Origin: Candidatus Methylomirabilis oxygeniifera
Lineage (GTDB): Bacteria; Methylomirabilota; Methylomirabilia; Methylomirabilales; Methylomirabilaceae
DNA length: 32,000 nucleotides
Assembly (NCBI GenBank): GCA_000091165.1
Contig: FP565575.1
Location: 810,001 to 842,000 of the forward strand
Direction: 5' to 3'
Part shown: positions 8,507 through 14,935 of the stretch, piece by piece
How positions within the stretch are numbered: the first letter of the stretch is position 1
Layout: each line of letters starts with the position of its first letter
Position numbers and translations under genes: made by a program
Notes under the pieces: generated by a model
What the model saw: the letters and a program-made list of their open reading frames with translations, nothing else
Database searches by the model: none
What the model was told of the DNA's origin: nothing

Positions 8507-8637
8507 GCGAGCCACACCCCGGACTAGGCGATGGCCTCCTTGACTGTGACGACATGGGCCTTGCGATGAAAGACGCCGAGGTCCAGTGCCAGCATAAGCA
8601 GAACGAACGCGATGAATCCTAGCCATACCCAGATCAT
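8506..8637 (-). pseudogene. terC: TerC/Alx-family membrane protein gene relic (N-terminal about 43 codons only)
   Basis: Minus-strand ATG at 8635-8637 gives MIWVWLGFIAFVLLMLALDLGVFHRKAHVVTVKEAIA*SGVWLA. This matches the conserved TerC N-terminus (LDLGVFHRKAH..S.KEA..WS..W..LA), with TAG where TerC proteins have Trp. Homology ends at the duplication junction near 8506. Confidence 0.7.
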
Positions 8638-8785
8638 GTCGCGAATACCTTCGTCCGAATCCCGAGCCGTCTCATGAACCAATACTCTGTGAACGCCGCT
8701 ACGGCCGGCACCTTCAGGGGCAGGTCAGTCGAAAGGATTGTCCGGCGGGCCAGATCGGCCGACCGTTTCGGCGCCGCCGCGCACA

Positions 8786-9871
8786 TCAGGCCACCTTGGC
8801 TCCTATTGCTGCCTGGATGGAGATGAACTCCCCCAGATTATCCATTGTCACCAGACCCACCAACCTGCCGTCGTGCGTCACGGGCAGCGTGTGACAATCA
8901 CCGGTCTGGAGGCGTGCGAATGCCGTCTCCAGCATGTCGGACGAGTCGATGAGTTGGAAATCCCGGCGCATCACCTCGGCGACGGGCACTGTCTGCCCCT
9001 CCGAAGCTAGCGCCGCCAGCAGATCACTCCGCATCAGTATGCCCTCCACGCGATCGCCTTCTACGACAGGGAAGTCCTGCTGTGAACCTGCAAGGATCAA
9101 CTCGACGGCCCGTGTCAGGGGGTCGTGCGCGGACAGCGTACGGAAGTCAGTGAGCATGGCCCGTTCGATAGGGATGCCGCCGAGAGCCGACTTCATCTGC
9201 GCCATGCTGGCTTCCTGGCCTGCGCCGATCCACACGAAGAGCGCGATGAAGAGCAGGAACGGATTGCTGAACAGGCCGATGAATCCGAACAGCACTGCGA
9301 TGCCCTGGCCGAGTCCGGCGGCGACCTGGGTCGCGCGGGTGTACTCCATACGCATCGCGAGAAGCGCGCGCAGCACCCGACCGCCGTCCATCGGGAAGGC
9401 CGGAATCAGATTGAACGCGACGAGAAAGACGTTTACCATCAGCAGGCGCTGGACGAATGGGCCCGTGGCCACACCCAGGTGACCGAGAGGCTCCAGGCCG
9501 GTCGTCAACTCCAGCCAAACGAAAAGGAGCCCTGCAATGACGACGTTGACGGCCGGACCGGCCAGCGCGACCCAGAACTCCTGGATCGGGACATCCGGCA
9601 TCCGCTCGAGCCGCGCGACGCCCCCGATTGGGAGCAGCGTGATGTCGCGGGTCCTGATGCCGTACCGTCTCGCGGTCAGCGCGTGTCCGAACTCGTGCAG
9701 CACCACGCAGCCGAACAGCGCCAGGGTGAACCCGCTGCCTGCCAGCGCGGCGGCCACAGTATGTTCAGTCCGCCAGTGGCTCACGGCCACCCAGCCAATA
9801 AGGACCAGGAAGGTGACGTGCATATAAACACTAATTCCTGCTACCTCGCCTAGTCGCCACGACCATCGCAT
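8786..9871 (-). CDS. M50 site-2 protease family zinc metalloprotease with C-terminal CBS pair
   Basis: True start MRWSWRLGEVAGISVYMH at 9869-9871, preceded by GAGGAGAG; the 130 upstream codons of the track ORF are not protein-like. HEFGH zinc motif, NLIPAFPMDGG motif, several TM segments, then two CBS-like modules (...VVEGDRVEGILMRSDLL..., ...VTHDGRLVGLVTMDNL...). Confidence 0.9.
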   Translation of the reverse strand: MRWSWRLGEVAGISVYMHVTFLVLIGWVAVSHWRTEHTVAAALAGSGFTLALFGCVVLHEFGHALTARRYGIRTRDITLLPIGGVARLERMPDVPIQEFWVALAGPAVNVVIAGLLFVWLELTTGLEPLGHLGVATGPFVQRLLMVNVFLVAFNLIPAFPMDGGRVLRALLAMRMEYTRATQVAAGLGQGIAVLFGFIGLFSNPFLLFIALFVWIGAGQEASMAQMKSALGGIPIERAMLTDFRTLSAHDPLTRAVELILAGSQQDFPVVEGDRVEGILMRSDLLAALASEGQTVPVAEVMRRDFQLIDSSDMLETAFARLQTGDCHTLPVTHDGRLVGLVTMDNLGEFISIQAAIGAKVA

Positions 9872-10228
9872 CGTCGGTCTCTCCTCTATCGCGCCGCAAC
9901 TGCGGCGCGTGTCGCGTGGCGCGAAGTGCTGGCGCCGTCTACAGATACCATGAACGCACTGCCCTCCGCCTGCGCAATGCAGTGTCCTCGGTATGGATAT
10001 CACCGGACGGCGCAAGTCGCGAAGAGGTGGTACAGCACGATGCAGTATAGCGCATTTGACGCCCACAAGCACGACGCGCCGGAATCGGTGGGTATCTACT
10101 CCCTCGTGTTCGGAGCCGACGAATCCGATCCGTCCCCGCTGATTGAAAAGCTCCACCATAAGTAGCGCTATCCGTCGAGATTGTCGATCATAAGTCCTCG
10201 TATTTCTCAGCCCCGCTCTCCCGGTCAT

Positions 10229-10301
10229 GGTCACACCTGCCGATTCTTTGGAACCTTTCACCTCCCTTCACGATTTACCTAGTCAAAGGAGGTGAGATAC
10301 C
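10229..10301 (+). promoter_or_regulatory. 5' leader with a Shine-Dalgarno-sequestering hairpin
   Basis: TCACCTCC (10258-10265) is the exact complement of GGAGGTGA (10288-10295), which contains the SD of the 10302 gene. The 22-nt loop separates them. The duplicated copy keeps the pairing (TCACTTCC 8429-8436 / GGAGGTGA 8459-8466, one G-U wobble). Confidence 0.45.
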
Positions 10302-10511
10302 ATGCCAGGAGCAGAGTTCTACTCGGATCTCCTCGTCTACATGTACCTGATCACATTTGGGTTCGTCACGTTCATGCTTAGCTTCGTGTGGGGCTTTGCC
10401 AAGTTCGTGCTACCACGGTGGCTGGAGGAAGAGGCGGCGCGGGCGAAAAAGACAGAGGTGGCGCGAGCTGCGAAGCCCACACCGATGACGACACTTTTGC
10501 AGGCGGCCTGA
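10302..10511 (+). CDS. small single-pass membrane protein (hypothetical, 69 aa)
   Basis: Strong SD AAAGGAGGTGA 7 nt upstream of the ATG. One clear TM segment (LLVYMYLITFGFVTFMLSFVWGFAKFVL) followed by a charged tail. No family recognised. Confidence 0.6.
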   Translation: MPGAEFYSDLLVYMYLITFGFVTFMLSFVWGFAKFVLPRWLEEEAARAKKTEVARAAKPTPMTTLLQAA

Positions 10512-10532
10512 ACGCATGAAGTTCCGAAATAA

Positions 10533-10569
10533 ATCGAGCCGATCTCGCCAGTTGCGGGATCGGCTCGAT
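10533..10569 (+). terminator. stem-loop downstream of the small membrane protein gene
   Basis: Perfect 12-bp stem ATCGAGCCGATC / GATCGGCTCGAT with a 13-nt loop, 22 nt after the stop. There is no U-tract, so intrinsic termination is uncertain. Confidence 0.4.
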
Positions 10570-11037
10570 CTCTATGAAAGGGGGGAGGACTGTACTGTTC
10601 CCATCCACAGGTAACGCTTCAGATGATGCCGCATGAATCCTTGACCCTCTCAGAGGGTAAGATTATAGTGACGACAATGGACGGCTACTGTGGTTCGATT
10701 CAGCAGAAGTAGTGCGTACCCACGCAACCGACTCGAACCTGCCGGCCGTCGGAGTTGTGAGTAGCCTCGTCGCCGTAACGACGGTAACGTAGTCGGTTAC
10801 ACCCTGCTGGTTGCCCGCGTGTATGGAGTAGCCTACTTGCGAGGCGCGAGCGATCGGCTCCTCTGAAGCCGGATCAGGGGAGATCCTGTCGCACGGCTGT
10901 TCTGTACTGAACTTATTATCACTTCGGTTTCTTGTCGTGATAGCCTTACGCTGGAAGTGATGGCCGCATCCGACTTGCTGCGCCTGGTGGCGGGAAAGGC
11001 ATGAGGCGGGAGAAGCGGACGAAAAGGAGGTAATCCT

Positions 11038-12894
11038 GTGGCGAATGCCGCCAAAGATCTGGTATGCGGGATGACGGCCCTTGCCGAGAAAGGTGTCGCC
11101 GTGTTCCATCAGGGAAAGGTATACGCCTTCTGCTCTGATTTTTGTAAGCAGACCTTCCTGGCCGATCCTGAAAAGTATCTCGGAGCAGCTCCAACCCCCA
11201 CCACGGGCGAGACCGATGTCACCCGACGTATTGCCTACTTCTCGATGGAGGTGGCCGTGGATCCCCGTATGCCGACTTACAGCGGCGGCTTAGGAGTGCT
11301 GGCGGGGGACACCCTGAGGTCCTGCGCCGATCTCACGATCCCGATTGTGGCCGTGAGCCTCCTGTATGCCAAGGGGTATTTCGATCAAAAACTGGACGAA
11401 TGGGGCAACCAGCAGGAACTCCCGGTTGCATGGGAGCCTTCCCGTTATCTGCGCCTGCTTCCGGTCACGGTGCGGGTCCCCATTGAAAACCGATCCGTAG
11501 TCGTCAGGGCCTGGCAGTATGATATTACAGGCTATACCGGATATTCGGTTCCCTTGATCCTTCTGGACACGAACGTCGATGAAAATGCCCAGCCTGATCG
11601 GGAGCTCACCAGTTCTCTCTACGGAGGGGACGAACGATATCGCCTGGTCCAGGAGGTCATTCTTGGCATGGGAGGCGTCCGGATGCTCCGAGCGCTCGGG
11701 TACACGCAACTGGAGAGATTCCACCTGAATGAAGGCCACGCCAGTCTCTTGATCCTGGAGCTGTTGCGCGAGCAGCAAGGTCAAGCGACTGAAGGGTGGG
11801 ATTTCGATAGCGTCAGAAGCCGCTGTGTCTTCACCACCCACACACCCGTTTCAGCCGGCCACGACCAGTTCTCGTATGACCTGGTGAAGGGCGTTCTCGG
11901 GGAACCTGTGCCGCTGGATCTCATGCAGATGCTGGGGGGCAGGGAACGTCTGAACATGACGCTTCTCGCGCTGAACCTGAGCCAGTACGTAAACGGAGTG
12001 GCGAAGAAGCATGGAGAAGTCTCACAAGAGATGTTTCCAGGTTATTCTATCGATTCCATCACCAATGGAGTTCATTCATGCACCTGGACCTGCGATAGCT
12101 TTAAGAAGCTCTACGACCGTCACATCGCCGGATGGGCCAATGATTCTTTCTCGCTCCGGTACGCCATCAGCATCCCAAAGAACGAGATATGGGAGGCCCA
12201 CGTCGAGGCCAAGGCGCGGTTGATCGAGGAGGTGCATCGGCGAATCGGGATGTCTCTGAAGCCTGACGTGCTCACCATCGGTTTTGCGCGGCGAGCGACA
12301 TTGTACAAGCGGACCGATCTGCTCTTTTCCGATCCCGGCCGGTTGGTGGAGATCGCTGCAACTGTCGGCCCGATGCAATTCATTTTTGCGGGGAAGGCGC
12401 ATCCGAAGGATGGGCCAGGGAAAGACCTGATTCGGCGAGTATTTCATTTCGCACGGCAACTGAAGGATCAGATCTCAATCGCCTATCTTGAGAATTACGA
12501 CATGGAGCTAGGCAGGTTGCTGACCTCCGGTGTGGACCTCTGGTTGAACACCCCCTTGCGCCCGCTGGAGGCCTCCGGCACCTCAGGCATGAAGGCCGCT
12601 CACAATGGGGTCCCAAGTTTCAGTGTCCTCGATGGCTGGTGGATTGAGGGGCATATCGAGGGCGTGACCGGATGGTCGATCGGGCCTGGTCCTATGAATC
12701 GTGCCGATTCGGATCGGATGAACGGCCGGGATGCACAGGAGCTATATCACAAGCTGCGAACGGTGGTCGTCCCGATGTTTTACCGGGACCCGGAGCGATG
12801 GGTCGATATCATGCGGCAAACGATCGCGTTCAATGCGTCGTTTTTCAATACGCACCGGATGGTCCAACAGTATGCCGCCCAAGCGTATGTGTAG
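11038..12894 (+). CDS. glgP: YHS/TRASH metal-binding domain fused to an alpha-glucan (glycogen/maltodextrin) phosphorylase, GT35 short type
   Basis: GTG start with AAAGGAGGT 7 nt upstream. N-terminus AKDLVCGMTALAEKGVAVFHQGKVYAFCSDFCKQTFLADPEKYL fits the YHS pattern (CGM...Y.FCS..C...F). The body shows IAYFSMEVAV...YSGGLGVLAGD and the PLP-lysine motif EASGTSGMKAAHNGV. Confidence 0.9.
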   Translation: MANAAKDLVCGMTALAEKGVAVFHQGKVYAFCSDFCKQTFLADPEKYLGAAPTPTTGETDVTRRIAYFSMEVAVDPRMPTYSGGLGVLAGDTLRSCADLTIPIVAVSLLYAKGYFDQKLDEWGNQQELPVAWEPSRYLRLLPVTVRVPIENRSVVVRAWQYDITGYTGYSVPLILLDTNVDENAQPDRELTSSLYGGDERYRLVQEVILGMGGVRMLRALGYTQLERFHLNEGHASLLILELLREQQGQATEGWDFDSVRSRCVFTTHTPVSAGHDQFSYDLVKGVLGEPVPLDLMQMLGGRERLNMTLLALNLSQYVNGVAKKHGEVSQEMFPGYSIDSITNGVHSCTWTCDSFKKLYDRHIAGWANDSFSLRYAISIPKNEIWEAHVEAKARLIEEVHRRIGMSLKPDVLTIGFARRATLYKRTDLLFSDPGRLVEIAATVGPMQFIFAGKAHPKDGPGKDLIRRVFHFARQLKDQISIAYLENYDMELGRLLTSGVDLWLNTPLRPLEASGTSGMKAAHNGVPSFSVLDGWWIEGHIEGVTGWSIGPGPMNRADSDRMNGRDAQELYHKLRTVVVPMFYRDPERWVDIMRQTIAFNASFFNTHRMVQQYAAQAYV

Positions 12895-12909
12895 GAGGAT
12901 CGATCCTCC
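12894..12909 (+). terminator. perfect 16-nt palindrome GGAGGATCGATCCTCC overlapping the glgP stop
   Basis: Seen directly; it could form a short hairpin. No U-tract follows. Confidence 0.3.
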
Positions 12910-13015
12910 AGGAATCGCCCATAGGTCATGGCGCATCGGGTAAGGGGATTTGTGAGCATCGTAGCTATTTGTGCCGAGTCGCGCAGACTGGAGTGCGGCC
13001 TTTTGAAGGCTGATG

Positions 13016-13044
13016 TTCTCAATATACCGATCTTAAGGTAGAAT
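13016..13044 (+). promoter_or_regulatory. sigma70-like promoter TTCTCA-17 nt-TAGAAT for the Met-rich protein gene
   Basis: -35 at 13016-13021 and -10 at 13039-13044, about 85 nt upstream of the 13129 start. Confidence 0.35.
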
Positions 13045-13128
13045 CAAGCGGATCGCGGTAGGTGTTAGGCAGACCCACTGTCTGGTGTGGCGGTAATGAG
13101 AACCCTTTCGGAAGACGGAGGAACGGCT

Positions 13129-13587
13129 ATGAATCGTGTGAAGTATGCGGGTGCGTTGGCGTTAGCCGCGGCGTTGATGACGGCAGGAACCGCGTCGGCG
13201 CAACAGCCTCAGCCCTGCGCGATGATGAAAGATCACCAGATGGGCGGCATGCAGCAGTCTGGGCCTGGGACGATGAAGCAGGACCATCAGATGGGCGGGA
13301 TGCAGCAGCAGGGGATGTCTGGCATGGGTATGGGCATGATGGAGATGTGTCAGAAGATGCAGGAGGGGACGGCTCAGGAGTGCAAGATGATGGAAGGGAT
13401 GAAGGGAGAGCGCCAGCCCATGGTTGAGATGAAAAAACATCTACGCGAGATGAAGAAACATATGAACATGTTGGATGAGATGATGGACGGAATGATGGAG
13501 AACATGATGATGCAGCGCCAACAGGGGATGACGCCCCCAGGATCAGGATCCGAACCTCAAGAACACCACCCTGGCGAGAGCAAGTGA
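13129..13587 (+). CDS. secreted, extremely Met/Gln-rich low-complexity protein (candidate periplasmic Cu(I)-binding or Met-sink protein)
   Basis: ATG at 13129 with GGAGGA 6 nt upstream. Signal peptide MNRVKYAGALALAAALMTAGTASA. The mature part has about 30 Met in about 128 residues (hand count). Repeats: KDHQMGGMQQ twice, GMSGMGMGMMEM, EMKKH twice, MMDGMMENMMMQ. Three Cys and a C-terminal HH. Confidence 0.75.
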   Translation: MNRVKYAGALALAAALMTAGTASAQQPQPCAMMKDHQMGGMQQSGPGTMKQDHQMGGMQQQGMSGMGMGMMEMCQKMQEGTAQECKMMEGMKGERQPMVEMKKHLREMKKHMNMLDEMMDGMMENMMMQRQQGMTPPGSGSEPQEHHPGESK

Positions 13588-13826
13588 GCGGGATCACTTG
13601 CCACGTACGCAATGGCATCCAGCTTGCGGGCCTGTCTTCGAGCTTCTGATGCGAGCTCGTCGAAATCTGCCAGCGTAGGAGTAGATATCGCCTTTAAGAT
13701 TACGGTGTCCTTCTCCCCGACGACGACGAATTGCGAACCGGGTGTCAAGCCGAGTCTTTTCCGGATGCCTTCTGGAATGACGACTTGCCCCTTGGATGAC
13801 GTCTTCGTTGTGGCGACACCAGCCAT
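13557..13826 (-). CDS. AbrB/MazE/SpoVT-family antitoxin-type DNA-binding protein
   Basis: GGGAGGTG lies 4 nt upstream of the ATG. SpoVT-AbrB motif SKGQVVIPEGIRKRLGLTPGSQFVVV. The 3' end overlaps the convergent Met-rich gene by 31 bp. Confidence 0.8.
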   Translation of the reverse strand: MAGVATTKTSSKGQVVIPEGIRKRLGLTPGSQFVVVGEKDTVILKAISTPTLADFDELASEARRQARKLDAIAYVASDPAHLLSPGWCS

Positions 13827-13861
13827 TTTTCACCTCCCAATAGGATTGCCTTACCAGTAAG

Positions 13862-13889
13862 ATTCTAGAGATTATCCATGCTATGGCAA
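13862..13889 (-). promoter_or_regulatory. sigma70-like promoter TTGCCA-16 nt-TAGAAT (minus strand) for the AbrB-type gene
   Basis: On the plus strand this reads ATTCTA (13862-13867) and TGGCAA (13884-13889). Confidence 0.35.
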
Positions 13890-13919
13890 GACAAAACCGG
13901 ATGAAAAACCGCAAGTCGC

Positions 13920-14207
13920 TTACGAATGGACGGGAGAAGCGGAAAGCTTCACACCGAGAGCATGAAGCAGCTTGAGCATCGTGTCGTAGCGCGGCTTGGC
14001 ACCGGGCGTAAGCACCTTGTACAGACTCTCGCGCCCAAGACCGGCATCTTTGGCAAGTTGTGCCATACCACGGGCGCGCGCCACATCACGCACGGCAGTG
14101 AAAAATACATCGGGATTGGGGTCTTCCAACGCGGCGGTAATGTATTCCGCGATGGTTTCCTCATCATCGAGGTAGTCGGCAGCATCGAAGGGAGCAAATT
14201 TAGCCAT
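13920..14207 (-). CDS. addiction-module antidote protein, HigA/TIGR02684-like (HTH)
   Basis: AAGGAG lies 6 nt upstream. MAKFAPFDAADYLDDEETIAEYITAALEDPNP...VARARGMAQLAKDAGLGRESLYKVL...LKLLHALGVKL closely matches the remembered consensus of this antidote family. Confidence 0.85.
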   Translation of the reverse strand: MAKFAPFDAADYLDDEETIAEYITAALEDPNPDVFFTAVRDVARARGMAQLAKDAGLGRESLYKVLTPGAKPRYDTMLKLLHALGVKLSASPVHS

Positions 14208-14332
14208 GGTTTACTCCTTATCCAAAGCCCGCGTCATCAACTGGTGTTTTCCGCCAGAAGATGGACCACGAAACCCAAGCTGGTGGAGGCCGCGAATCAA
14301 GGCCGCTCAGGTTATGAGTCTAAGGCGCGCCA

Positions 14333-14581
14333 TCAGGCAACTTCTTGCATGGTCAGGGTGATGTCGTCGACGGGTGGGAGCGGATGGCCCATTCTGAGCC
14401 CTAAGACAATCCACTCTTCCAAGACTTCTCGCAACTTCTCACGGCAGGCTTCCACCGTATCAGCCTGCGCCCACACTCCTTGAAAGCCTTCGATGTTGGC
14501 AAAATATCCTTCTCCATCAGGCAGCATCTCATAGTGGGCTTTCCGCAGCGCGGCATTGATGTAAGTCGTTAACATACGCAC
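14333..14581 (-). CDS. HicB-family (UPF0150) antitoxin-type protein
   Basis: AAGAGG lies upstream of the ATG. YINAALRKAHYEMLPDGEGYFANIEGFQGVWAQADTVEACREKLREVLEEWIVLGLRMGHPLP fits the HicB N-terminal fold pattern. Confidence 0.75.
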   Translation of the reverse strand: MRMLTTYINAALRKAHYEMLPDGEGYFANIEGFQGVWAQADTVEACREKLREVLEEWIVLGLRMGHPLPPVDDITLTMQEVA

Positions 14582-14660
14582 CTCTTTTCTCGGAGACTCA
14601 TGTTCCCTCTATTGAGGGAACCAACACGTCCCACCCCGGAAACCTCCAGCAACTGCGGCG

Positions 14661-14689
14661 ATTGTCGTGCCTTTCCAAGGGCTTGTCAA
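14661..14689 (-). promoter_or_regulatory. possible sigma70 promoter TTGACA-17 nt-GACAAT (minus strand) for hicB-like/higA-like genes
   Basis: On the plus strand this reads ATTGTC (14661-14666) and TGTCAA (14684-14689). It lies inside the unconvincing 99-aa track ORF. Confidence 0.3.
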
Positions 14690-14935
14690 GTTCCTCCAGC
14701 ACCGTTCGTTGCCGACAAACACTGATCGCATCATCCCATTGTAGCTGCAGCGAACTAAGCGTCAAGGTTAGTGCGTCTGCTGGACTGCGACCCCCCTTTC
14801 CGCCCTTACCGAACAGATAGTATAAATTGTCGTAGTGTTCACTATGCTGATCCCCTTGAAAAGTGGGCAGGGTCTGTGACACACTGGGGCTACTCAACGA
14901 AGGGGAATAGTGGTTTGGCTTAAGGAGTGAGCGTG

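Noticed and set aside
8638-8785. Looked for a yybP-ykoY (Mn2+) riboswitch upstream of the terC relic, since TerC/Alx genes often carry one.
   Set aside because: I could not find the conserved GGGGAGUAG or UUGACA-type core elements on the minus strand. A covariance-model scan would be needed to be sure.
9926-10165. 79-aa plus-strand ORF between the S2P gene and the small membrane protein gene. MQYSAFDAHKHDA weakly recalls the IS110-type transposase N-terminus (G.D.HK).
   Set aside because: The resemblance rests on about four residues, no SD is present, and the remainder is not transposase-like. An 18-nt palindrome GCGCCGCAACTGCGGCGC at 9892-9909 was noted but has no second copy.
10692-10700. 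GGTTCGATT T-loop-like motif in the long spacer, considered as a tRNA/tmRNA fragment.
   Set aside because: The flanking bases do not form a T-stem or acceptor stem, and no tmRNA tag region or CCA-proximal structure is present.
14598-14897. 99-aa minus-strand ORF upstream of the HicB-like gene, considered as a possible HicA toxin.
   Set aside because: The sequence has none of the HicA pattern (GSH...H...G). A plausible promoter for the hicB-like gene lies inside it. The other frames give only short ORFs that are not HicA-like.
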